A stretch of 64,000 bases of DNA, taken from Gemmatimonadales bacterium. Its GTDB lineage: Bacteria; Gemmatimonadota; Gemmatimonadetes; Gemmatimonadales; GWC2-71-9. The position numbers and the translations under genes are program-made. Shown here piece by piece: positions 15,907 to 25,841 of this stretch. The DNA lies in assembly GCA_035456525.1 (NCBI GenBank), contig DATICZ010000103.1, positions 5,403-69,402 of the forward strand, in the 5' to 3' direction. Numbering within the stretch: position 1 is the stretch's first letter; the number at the start of each line of letters is the position of its first letter. Below the pieces are notes generated by a model. That model was not told the DNA's origin and searched no databases. It saw only the letters and a program-made list of their open reading frames with translations.

Positions 15907-17106
15907 GTGGCGTCCGCCCTCGACCTGCTTTCCCGCGGCCTGCTGCTCGACCGGCTGGCGCGCCTGACATCTGGCCGCCTCGTCCTGGACGAAGGCGCCG
16001 AATCATTGCGGTTCGGTCCCGGCCCCGAGCCGGCAGCCCACCTGATCGTCCACGATCCACGCTTCTATCGGGCGATCGTCCTGGGAGGGCACCTGGGGGC
16101 CGTCGAAGCGTACCTGGATGGCTGGTGGGATACCGACGACCTGACCGCGCTCGTGCGGATGATGGTGCAGAACCGCGACGTGCTGGACAGTTTCGAAACG
16201 GGATGGGCACGGCTCGCCTCGCCGGTGCGCCGGGCGTGGCATGCCTGGCGGCGCAATTCGCACGGCGGCAGCCGGCGCAACATCGCCGCGCACTACGACC
16301 TCGGGAACGCCTTCTTCGCCGAATTCCTCGACGACACACTCACGTACTCGTGCGGCGTCTTCGAGCGGCCCGACTCGAGCCTGCGCGAGGCGTCCCTGGC
16401 CAAGTACGAGCGCTTGTGCCGCAAACTGGAGCTCGGGCCCGCGGACCACGTGCTGGAGATCGGCAGCGGGTGGGGCGGTTTCGCGCTGCACGCCGCCGGG
16501 ACGCACGGCTGCCGCGTCACCACGACAACGATCTCCCGGGAGCAGCACCGCCTGGCCGTCGAGCGCGTGGCGGCCGCCGGTCTCGCTTCGCGCGTCACCG
16601 TGCTGTTGCAGGACTATCGCGACCTGACGGGCCGGTACGACAAGCTCATCTCGATCGAGATGATCGAGGCGGTGGGACATGCGTTCTACCGCACGTTCTT
16701 CCGCAAGTGCGCCGAGCTGCTCGAGCCCGGCGGTCGGATGGCGCTGCAGGCGATCACCATCGACCCGCGTTTCTATCATCGGGCGCGACGCGATGTGGAT
16801 TTCATCAAGCGCTACATCTTCCCCGGCTCCAACATCCCCTCCGTCCCGGTGCTGCGCGACGCGGCCGAGCGCACCGCCGGGTTCGCACTCGTCCACCTCG
16901 AGGACATCACGCCGCACTACGCCGAGACGCTGAAGCGCTGGCGCGAAAACTTCCTCGCTCACTGGGACCGCGTGCGCGCGCTCGGCTTCTCCGAGCAATT
17001 CCGCCGCCTGTGGGAGTTCTATTTCTGCTATTGCGAAGGCGGATTCCGCGAGCGCTTCCTGGGAGACGTGCAGATGCTGTTCGTGCGGGAACCGTCGCCG
17101 GCCTGA
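15907..17106 (+). CDS. cyclopropane-fatty-acyl-phospholipid synthase family SAM-dependent methyltransferase
   Basis: SAM motif VLEIGSGWGGFALHAA, plus family motifs HYDLGNAFFAEFLD, SIEMIEAVGH and WEFYFCYCEGGF. The GTG start lies 2 nt after the desaturase stop. The first 283 codons of track ORF 15058..17106 are an out-of-frame overlap with the desaturase. Confidence 0.85.
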   Translation: MASALDLLSRGLLLDRLARLTSGRLVLDEGAESLRFGPGPEPAAHLIVHDPRFYRAIVLGGHLGAVEAYLDGWWDTDDLTALVRMMVQNRDVLDSFETGWARLASPVRRAWHAWRRNSHGGSRRNIAAHYDLGNAFFAEFLDDTLTYSCGVFERPDSSLREASLAKYERLCRKLELGPADHVLEIGSGWGGFALHAAGTHGCRVTTTTISREQHRLAVERVAAAGLASRVTVLLQDYRDLTGRYDKLISIEMIEAVGHAFYRTFFRKCAELLEPGGRMALQAITIDPRFYHRARRDVDFIKRYIFPGSNIPSVPVLRDAAERTAGFALVHLEDITPHYAETLKRWRENFLAHWDRVRALGFSEQFRRLWEFYFCYCEGGFRERFLGDVQMLFVREPSPA

Positions 17107-17193
17107 TCCGGCTTCCTCCGCTGGGCGCGGTCGAGCTTGCGGGTCCGCGCCGTCGACCGCAGTTTCACGCCACCTCTCACCCTCACCGTGATC

Positions 17194-18591
17194 ATGCGAA
17201 TCCTGCGCTCCTGCGCCGTGCTGCTGTGCTGCGCCGCCCCCGTCGTCGCCCAGGCGCCGCCTCAGCTGAACTGGGACTCCATCGCCGCCGAGGCGGTCCG
17301 CAACCTCTCGGCCTACCTGGCGATCAACACGACCAACCCGCCGGGCAACGAGCTCGCGGCCGCCCGGTTTCTGCAGCAGCTCTTGGCCCGCGACGGGATA
17401 GAAGCGCAGATCCTCGATACGGCGGAGCTTGGCGCCGGACGGGCCAATCTCTACGCCCGGCTGCGCTCCAGCGGCACCAAGAAGGCCATCGCGCTCGTGA
17501 ATCACCTGGACGTCGTGCCCGTGACCCCGCAATTCTGGTCGGTGGATCCGTTCTCGGGGGCGGTGCGCGACGGCTACGTGTGGGGGCGCGGCGCGCTCGA
17601 CATGAAGGGCGAGGGGCTGGTGCAGCTCATGGCGCTGGTCGCGCTCAAGCGCAGCGGCGTGACCCTCGACCGCGACATCGTGTTCATCGCCAACGCCGAC
17701 GAGGAGCTGGGCGGAACCGGCGCGGAAGTGTTCGTGCAACGCCACGCCGACCTGTTGCGCGACGTGGAGTTCCTGATGACCGAGGGCGGCGACAACCTCG
17801 TCGACAACGGACGACTCGCCTACTACGGGGTCGGGGTCGCGGAGAAGCGCACATTCTGGCAGCGCGTCACGGTCCATGGGACTCCCTCCCACGGCTCGCG
17901 GCCCACCAAGCTGAACCCCGTTCCCCACCTCGTGGACGCACTGTCCCGCCTGGCGCACTACGAGACCCCGCTGCACGTCACCCCCGGGGTCGCCAAGTAT
18001 TTCCACGACATCGCCCCGCAATACAGCGGCCAGCAACGCGCGTGGCTCACGGACGTCGCGGCGGCCGTCACGGACCCCGCGGCGCGCGCGTGGATCACCG
18101 GCAACGTCTACTGGAACGCGATCCTCCGGAATACGATTTCGCTCACCGTTCTGAGCGCGTCGAACAAGACGAACGTCATCCCCGCCGAGGCGACGGCCGA
18201 GGTCGACATCCGCCTCCTCCCCGACCAGGACACGGCGGCGGTGCGCGCCGATCTGGTGCGCGTCGTGGGAGACACGGCGGTGCACTGGCACACCATCTAT
18301 CCCCCCAAGACGCCGCTCGAGAGCCCCATCGACACCGACCTGTTCCGGGCCATCGAGCGGGCGGCCCGCGAGCGTGACCCGGGCGTGAAGGTGACGACGC
18401 CCATGCTCACCGGGGCCACCGACCGCCCTACCTACCGGGCGCTCGGAATCGTGACCTACGGCTTCGACCCCTTCAGGACCGACAAGGCGGACGCGCAGCG
18501 CGGCGTCCACGGCAACGACGAGCGGGTGAGCGTCGCCAACGTGGGGTTCGGCGTGCGCTTCCTGTACGACGTGCTGCGCTACGCGCAGTAG
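17194..18591 (+). CDS. M20 family metallopeptidase, secreted
   Basis: Signal peptide MRILRSCAVLLCCAAPVVAQA. Motifs ALVNHLDVVPV, GRGALDMKG and NADEELGG. Confidence 0.85.
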   Translation: MRILRSCAVLLCCAAPVVAQAPPQLNWDSIAAEAVRNLSAYLAINTTNPPGNELAAARFLQQLLARDGIEAQILDTAELGAGRANLYARLRSSGTKKAIALVNHLDVVPVTPQFWSVDPFSGAVRDGYVWGRGALDMKGEGLVQLMALVALKRSGVTLDRDIVFIANADEELGGTGAEVFVQRHADLLRDVEFLMTEGGDNLVDNGRLAYYGVGVAEKRTFWQRVTVHGTPSHGSRPTKLNPVPHLVDALSRLAHYETPLHVTPGVAKYFHDIAPQYSGQQRAWLTDVAAAVTDPAARAWITGNVYWNAILRNTISLTVLSASNKTNVIPAEATAEVDIRLLPDQDTAAVRADLVRVVGDTAVHWHTIYPPKTPLESPIDTDLFRAIERAARERDPGVKVTTPMLTGATDRPTYRALGIVTYGFDPFRTDKADAQRGVHGNDERVSVANVGFGVRFLYDVLRYAQ

Positions 18592-18599
18592 GAGTCACC

Positions 18600-19924
<1,325 letters not shown>

Positions 19925-19928
<4 letters not shown>

Positions 19929-21136
19929 GCACCCGGAGCGACCACCGCCCCGCCGCCCTGGCCGGATTCCTCGGCTGGACCCTCGACGCGTTCGACTTCT
20001 TCCTCGTCGTGATGACCCTCACGGCGATCGCCGCTGAGTTCGGCCGGTCGGACAAGGACATCGCCTTCACGCTCCTGCTCACCCTCGCGTTCCGCCCGGT
20101 GGGCGCTTTCATCTTCGGCTTGATGGCGGATCGCTACGGCCGCCGCCTGCCCCTGATGATCGATCTGGTGTTCTACTCGATCGTCGAGGTGCTCTCCGGT
20201 CTCGCGCCCAACTACGTGACGTTCTGCGTCCTCCGGGCGTTGTTCGGCATCGGCATGGGCGCCGAATGGGGCGTGGGTGCCTCGCTGGTGATGGAGAAGG
20301 TCCCGGTCGGCCGGCGCGGGCTCTGGTCGGGACTGTTACAGCAGGGCTACGCGTTGGGCTACCTGCTTGCCGCGCTGTGCTACTTCGTGGTCTTCCCGCG
20401 CTGGGGCTGGCGGCCCCTGTTCTTCATCGGCGGACTGCCGGCGCTGCTCGCGCTGTACGTACGCTCGCAGGTCTCGGAGTCCGAGGTGTGGCAGCGGTCG
20501 CGGGCGACCTCCTGGAGCCACCTCGGCCGGGTGCTCCTCGCCAACTGGAAGACGTTCGCGTACCTCGTGGTGCTCATGGCGCTGATGAACGGCGTGTCAC
20601 ACGGCACGCAGGACCTCTACCCCACGCTGTTGAAGCGTGACTGGGGATTCCAGACCCCACGGGTGGTCGGTTTGACGGCGATCTCCATGGCCGGCGCTTT
20701 GATCGGTGGGGTCCTGGCCGGCCACTACTCCGACCGGGTGGGGCGCCGCCGCACCATCGTGCTGGCGCTGTGCGGCGCCCTGCTGCTCATCCCTCTGTGG
20801 GCGTTCTCCCCGAACGTCTTCCTGCTCGCGATCGGGGCCTTCCTCATGCAGGTGATGGTGCAGGGAGCCTGGGGGGTAATCCCCGCGCACATCACCGAGC
20901 TGTCTCCAGACGCGGCACGAGGAGTCCTGCCGGGATTCGCCTACCAGTGCGGCGCCGCTATCTCCGGGGTGATGCCGTACCTGGGGACCCTCATTGCCGC
21001 CCAGACCGGGTACGCCAAAGCCATGGCGCTGACGGCCGGCGTGGTCTTCGTGCTGTGTGCCATCGCCGCTTGGTTCGGCCCCGAACGGCGCGGCATCGTC
21101 TACGGCGCCGGCCGGGAGATCAGCGACCCGGTGTGA
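19925..21136 (+). CDS. MFS transporter
   Basis: The ATG overlaps the aminotransferase stop (ATGA). About 12 hydrophobic segments, with the MFS signature [14 protein letters not shown]. The upstream part of track ORF 18641..21136 is an out-of-frame shadow. Confidence 0.85.
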
Positions 21137-22214
21137 AGTCCTGGAGATCGCCCAGCTCCTGGGCGATGCAGGCGCGACAGGAGCGGCGCAGCGCGTCGAA
21201 CCCGAGCAGCTCGACCCGGGGCGCGAGGTAGTCGGACCGCACCGGCTCCTCCTGCAGTAGCCCGGTGCTGAGGTACTTCTTGTTGTCGTCCGGGAAGACG
21301 GTGACCACGACGGCGTCCGGTCCCAGCTCCTCCTGGACCAGCAGCGCCCCGAGGAAGTTCGCTCCGGAGGAGATCCCCACGCCCAATCCCAGGCGGGACG
21401 CGAGCTCCTGCGCCATCAGGATGGCGTCGCCGTCCGACACCGCGATCACGCTGTCGAGCTGCGCCAGGTCGACGACGGCCGGGATGAACTCGTCGGACAT
21501 CCCCTGGATGCGATGCCGTCCCACTTTGTGGCCGGTGCTCAAGGTAGGCGACTCGGCGGGCTCGATCGGGTGCACCCGCGCTTCGGCCCGTCGCGCGCGC
21601 AGGAAGCGCCCGACCCCCATCACCGTTCCCCCGGTGCCCACCCCTGACGTGAATGCATCCGGCACGAGCCCTGCCGTTTCCAGCTGCCACCAGATCTCAG
21701 GCGCCGTGGTGCGCTCGTGCGCCGTCACGTTGGCCGTATTCTCGAATTGCCGCGGCAGGAACACATGCGGCTGACGCGTCGCCAGCGCCTCGGCCCTCTG
21801 GATGCTGCCCAAAAACCCGCCTTCCTCGCGACTCACCGTCACGACGGACGCACCGAGCGAACGGATCAGCTCGTGCCGCTCGCGACTCATCCATTCCGGC
21901 ATGAAGATCGTCACCGGATGGCCGAGCGCCCGTCCCAGCGCGGCGAACGCGATCCCGGTGTTACCGCTGGTCGCTTCCGCGATGGTGTCGCCGGGCTGCA
22001 GGACGCCTGATCCGTAGGCGGTTGCGAGAATGTGCAACGCCATCCGGTCCTTGATGCTACCGGTCAGGTTCAGGTGCTCGGCCTTGGCGTAGATCAGGCG
22101 CTCGCGGCCGCGGAAGCGGCATCGGATGGCGAGCAACGGCGTGTTGCCGATGGCGCGACCCAGCCCCCGCAGCAGGGTGGCCGCGGCCATGACGGGGGCA
22201 GCGGTTGTCGGCAT
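21120..22214 (-). CDS. PLP-dependent cysteine synthase family protein with a ~50-aa C-terminal extension
   Basis: Motifs [14 protein letters not shown] (PLP lysine), [10 protein letters not shown] and [10 protein letters not shown]. The extra tail ends ...[22 protein letters not shown]. The gene converges on the MFS gene with a 17-nt overlap. Confidence 0.85.
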   Translation of the reverse strand: MPTTAAPVMAAATLLRGLGRAIGNTPLLAIRCRFRGRERLIYAKAEHLNLTGSIKDRMALHILATAYGSGVLQPGDTIAEATSGNTGIAFAALGRALGHPVTIFMPEWMSRERHELIRSLGASVVTVSREEGGFLGSIQRAEALATRQPHVFLPRQFENTANVTAHERTTAPEIWWQLETAGLVPDAFTSGVGTGGTVMGVGRFLRARRAEARVHPIEPAESPTLSTGHKVGRHRIQGMSDEFIPAVVDLAQLDSVIAVSDGDAILMAQELASRLGLGVGISSGANFLGALLVQEELGPDAVVVTVFPDDNKKYLSTGLLQEEPVRSDYLAPRVELLGFDALRRSCRACIAQELGDLQDFTPGR

Positions 22215-22268
22215 GGGTCGAGAGTGGCGCCGCTGCCATGAAGCTCCCGTGAGGCGAAGATGAAGGCC

Positions 22269-22481
22269 CTAAGGGGCGGGCACGAAGAGCCGCGAGAACG
22301 TCACGTCGGCGTCCTCGATGTGGGCGGTCCGCCAGCGCGCGACGAACGTGTCGTATTTCAGGTCCGGCACGAGCAGGGCCCGCGATGTCATGGCGGCGAG
22401 CCCGCCGTCGTGCGACACGATCTTGTGCCCCCGATAGTCTCGCAGGGACCATCCCAAGAGCGGTTGCAGGAAATCATCGGC
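22269..22481 (-). pseudogene. remnant of a serine hydrolase / beta-lactamase-family gene
   Basis: The open frame is only ~70 codons (ADDFLQPLLGWSLRDYRGHKIVSHDGGLAAMTSRALLVPDL-KYDTFVARWRTAHIEDADVTFS). It resembles the C-terminal part of class-C-type serine hydrolases joined to their C-terminal accessory domain, with the catalytic N-terminus missing. Confidence 0.5.
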
Positions 22482-23000
22482 CTATCCCCGGCGCAACAGC
22501 GCCCGAACCGTCAGCACCCCGAGTGCAATGGCGCCGGCGGCGAGGAGGGTCACCACGACGCCGACGGTGAGGAGCCAGCCGCGGCCGGCGCGACGCGCGG
22601 CCGTCGGTTCGGCCACGTGACGCTCGAGCAGCGCGACGTTCCGGAGATTGGCTTTCCACGCGAAATCGAACACATCGCCGGCGACGGGAATCGCGCCGAT
22701 CAGCGCATCGATCACCACGTTGGTGAGCATCCGCACCAGCGTGCTCGCGGGCGCGCCGAGGCGCGCCGCTTCGAGTACGAGCCACCCTGTGACGCCCGCG
22801 GCGAGCGCGTCCCCGGCGCCGGGGATGAGTCCCAGCAGCGGGTCGAGCCCGATGGAGAACGGCGTGCCGGGGATTCGGATGATGCCATCCCACAGGCGCG
22901 CCACTCGCTGCGCGCGCGCGAGACGTTGTTCAGCCGTCAGGACGCTCATACGCACTTTCGGGTAATCCTCGTCGGCACGCGGCCGACTTCCCCCTCCCAC
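22482..23000 (-). CDS. DUF4112-like membrane protein
   Basis: 172 aa. Duplicated motif IPGAGDALAAG ... IPVAGDVFDFAWKANLRNV and a C-terminal TM segment. The true start may be the internal MSVLTAEQ at 22949. Confidence 0.7.
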   Translation of the reverse strand: MGGGSRPRADEDYPKVRMSVLTAEQRLARAQRVARLWDGIIRIPGTPFSIGLDPLLGLIPGAGDALAAGVTGWLVLEAARLGAPASTLVRMLTNVVIDALIGAIPVAGDVFDFAWKANLRNVALLERHVAEPTAARRAGRGWLLTVGVVVTLLAAGAIALGVLTVRALLRRG

Positions 23001-23063
23001 ACGAGGGTTTCTAGATATCGCTCCCCCGCATAGAGTCCGTCAGTCCCCTTCGAGGAGCGGTGC

Positions 23064-25751
23064 ATGGGCCCTGCAACGTCGGTCTTCTCCCTCCTGATCC
23101 TGATCCAGTCGCCGGGTGCTCCTCCCCCACGCGACACGACCGCCGCCGATACGCTCGCTTCGCGGGCGAGCCGCACCGTGCTGTCGCGGCGAATGCTCCA
23201 GGCCCTGCCCGGCGATGATCCACGTGCGAGCCTGATCCTGGTCCCCGGCGCGGCGCTCCGCGGCAACACCGTAGGCATCGGCAGCGGCTCCAGCCTGTCG
23301 CTCCGGCTCGGGTCACCCGGCGGAGCGAGCGTCTACATCGACGGCGCGCCTGCGCGATTCTTGATCAGCGGCGTGCAGGGCGTGACCCTCGCGACCGGCG
23401 CCGTGGAGACCGTGGCGGTCACGACCGGGCTGCCCGACCCGGGGATCCTGGACGGGCGCGGCGGTGTCATCGAGTACGCGACGCCGACCGGCGGAGCGCG
23501 CCTCGCGGGGCGGCTGCTGGCGCACACCGACGCGCCGTTCGGCGACGGCTCGAGCGTGGGATTCAACCGGTTCGAGGGATCCGCGGGCGGCCCGCTTGGC
23601 ACGCGACTCTCCTGGTTCGCGGCCGGCGAGCTCGCCGGTCAACGCTCCGCGTACCGTGGCCTGGGAGCGGCCGAACAACCCGCATTCCTCTGGGGCGCTC
23701 CGGACACGACGGCGGATACGGTGACGATCCCGACGTTCGTCCAGTCGTCGGAATTGCGGCGGCCGCTGGACTGGCTCACCAGCAGACGCGCACTGGCGAA
23801 GCTCGCCTACCGGTATGGCCAGGGCGGATCGGTGGCGCTGACCGGGATCCTGAGCGACCTCCAGCAGCGCTTCTATCCGGGAGCCGACATCGGCAACCCG
23901 TCGCTGTTCTCGGGCGCGCGGCAATGGTCGCGGCTCGCAGTGCTCAACTTGTCGCATTCCCTTGGCGCGGCGCGTCCACTGGACCTGCACGCGACCATAT
24001 CCCTGGCGCAGGACCGCGCCAGCGCGGGTTTGCTGACGCCGGCATCCGAGTCCTCCTCGCGCGATCCCCGTCTCGGCATCGCCTGGTCGGCGCTCGAATT
24101 CACCGGCAGCGACAGCATCCCCTTGCCCCTCACCGACCGGATCGTGCGCAACATCCGCTCCAACAGCGGCCTCCGCGTGCCGTTCCTCAATCGCGTGGAT
24201 CTGCGGAACGTGCAGCCGTTTCGCCTGAATCCCTATGGCCTCGCGAGCGGGTGGCCGACCCAGGGCAGCGACGGCACGCTGTCGGCGCTGTCCGAGCGGC
24301 GGACGGACATCCGCGCCTGGGTGGCATGGAGCCCGCTTGCCACGCACCTGGCGCGGTTCGGCATCGAGTACGAGCGCGCGTCGCAGACGTTCTACCGGGC
24401 CGACTTGCTGTCACAAGTCGGCGAGGATGCCTGGATCGCGGAGCCTCGGCGCTGGGGTGCGTTTGCGGCCGATCGCATCTCGTGGCACCGGCTGAGCCTC
24501 GAGGTGGGCGCGCGCGTGGACCGGTTCACCGCCGGCGGGGACCTCCCGAACGTCCCGGGTCGCATCTTCACCAATCCGAGCTGGAGTCCAAACACGGGCA
24601 CCGACGATACCGCCTATGCGAATTCCCTGGCGCGGGTCTTCGCTCCGGTGGCGAGCCACACGGCATTCTCCCCGCAGGTGCGGGCCGAATACGCCGTTGC
24701 TGCCAACACGCTGGTCTGGGCCGATCTGGGCCAGGTCGCCCAGCCCCCGACATCCGCCGAGGTGTTCGGCGGCTCCAACGCCGACCTGGCCTTCTCGGCC
24801 GCGCGCGACCCGCACGGCGGCGACGCCGGCGTGCTCAAATCGACCATGGGGGAGCTCGGGGTGCGCCAGGCAATCGGCACATCACTGTCGCTCGAGGCGA
24901 GCGGGTACCTGGAACGCCTCGGTCTGTACGCGTTCCGCCTCGGCCGCTACGACGATCCCGCGAACCCGGGGATCGTCCTGAACGTGGGTGTGACGACTCC
25001 GCTGGACAGTGCGGGCATCTGGGGCGTGAACGGAGCGCTCACCTGGCGCCCCTCGACCATCGCGAACGTGCGCGCGGTGTACGGCCACACCCGCTCGTCG
25101 GGAATGGCGTTCCAGTCCATCGCCGCACTCGCGACGCTGCGCACGCCGGCGACGTGGGCGTTGCGGGACATTTCCGCCACGATCCTGGTGCGCGCCGCCA
25201 GCGGACTGGCATACCTCCCCCTCCCCAACCAGGGATTCGGGGAGACCACCACCGGGTTCGTGCCATTCGCCAACACGCTCCCGCTCACCGCGCTTCCCTG
25301 GACCAAGAGCGTCGACGCGCGCCTCGACCGGGCGCTGCACCTGGGCGGCGTACGCGGCACAGTGTACGCCGATTTCCGCAACCTCCTGAATCTGCGCAAC
25401 GTGCTGGGCGTCTTCCCGGAAACCGGTGGGGAAACCAATCCGCTGTACGAAGCCAGCGTGCTGAGCCCCGAGCTGACGCTGCTCCACTTGGAGGCCCAGA
25501 ACAACGGGCGCCTGCTCGCCAACAGCGCAGTGGATCTGCGACCCGATTGCGCCGGCTGGACGAACGGCGGCGGTCCGGTCAACTGCGTGGTGCTGCGCCG
25601 CGTGGAGCAGCGCTTCGGCGACGGAGACGGGGTCTACGACCTGGGCGAGCAGACGACGGCGCTCAATACGTACTACCAGTCCTTCTATGGCGAATGGCGG
25701 TTCAGGGAGCCGGGGAGGACGGCGCGGGTAGGCCTGGCGCTGGAGTTCTGA
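23064..25751 (+). CDS. TonB-dependent-receptor-like outer membrane protein
   Basis: 895 aa. GGAG SD 7 nt upstream. Plug-like N-terminal region, long beta-rich body, C-terminal ...ARVGLALEF ending in Phe. The signal peptide is short or atypical. Confidence 0.7.
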   Translation: MGPATSVFSLLILIQSPGAPPPRDTTAADTLASRASRTVLSRRMLQALPGDDPRASLILVPGAALRGNTVGIGSGSSLSLRLGSPGGASVYIDGAPARFLISGVQGVTLATGAVETVAVTTGLPDPGILDGRGGVIEYATPTGGARLAGRLLAHTDAPFGDGSSVGFNRFEGSAGGPLGTRLSWFAAGELAGQRSAYRGLGAAEQPAFLWGAPDTTADTVTIPTFVQSSELRRPLDWLTSRRALAKLAYRYGQGGSVALTGILSDLQQRFYPGADIGNPSLFSGARQWSRLAVLNLSHSLGAARPLDLHATISLAQDRASAGLLTPASESSSRDPRLGIAWSALEFTGSDSIPLPLTDRIVRNIRSNSGLRVPFLNRVDLRNVQPFRLNPYGLASGWPTQGSDGTLSALSERRTDIRAWVAWSPLATHLARFGIEYERASQTFYRADLLSQVGEDAWIAEPRRWGAFAADRISWHRLSLEVGARVDRFTAGGDLPNVPGRIFTNPSWSPNTGTDDTAYANSLARVFAPVASHTAFSPQVRAEYAVAANTLVWADLGQVAQPPTSAEVFGGSNADLAFSAARDPHGGDAGVLKSTMGELGVRQAIGTSLSLEASGYLERLGLYAFRLGRYDDPANPGIVLNVGVTTPLDSAGIWGVNGALTWRPSTIANVRAVYGHTRSSGMAFQSIAALATLRTPATWALRDISATILVRAASGLAYLPLPNQGFGETTTGFVPFANTLPLTALPWTKSVDARLDRALHLGGVRGTVYADFRNLLNLRNVLGVFPETGGETNPLYEASVLSPELTLLHLEAQNNGRLLANSAVDLRPDCAGWTNGGGPVNCVVLRRVEQRFGDGDGVYDLGEQTTALNTYYQSFYGEWRFREPGRTARVGLALEF

Positions 25752-25768
25752 CTGAAGGCTACGGGGGA

Positions 25769-25806
25769 CGGAGCGGTACCCGACCGGATCGTCGGGTACC
25801 GCTCCG
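25769..25806. terminator. 16-bp perfect inverted repeat with a 6-nt loop between convergent receptor genes (bidirectional terminator candidate)
   Basis: Read directly: CGGAGCGGTACCCGAC cggatc GTCGGGTACCGCTCCG. It lies 18 nt after the stop at 25751 and 36 nt before the stop at 25842. There is no U-tract. Confidence 0.55.
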
Positions 25807-25841
25807 CGCCGGCTACTCAGGCAGGCGCCATCGGTAGCGGC

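Noticed and set aside
17127-17160. GCGGTCGA...TCGACCGC inverted repeat after the CFA-synthase-family gene
   Set aside because: An 8-bp stem with an 18-nt loop and no U-tract could be a weak terminator. I cannot distinguish it from background GC-rich self-complementarity by eye.
16003-18510. 835-aa minus-strand ORF, with similar very long ORFs at 16125..18377(+), 9598..11616(+), 25854..26849(+) and 28684..29790(+)
   Set aside because: The composition is Arg/Gly/Pro/His/Asp-rich and low-complexity, with no recognisable motifs. Each lies antisense or out of frame to a gene with clear family motifs (CFA synthase, M20, S9, TonB receptor, amidase). These are typical open shadow frames in very GC-rich DNA.
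22479-22484. The TAG stop of the DUF4112 gene is in frame with the downstream beta-lactamase remnant, which hints at read-through or a fusion
   Set aside because: The two parts belong to unrelated families, and the remnant lacks its catalytic half. The in-frame arrangement has a one-in-three chance expectation, and I saw no recoding signal.
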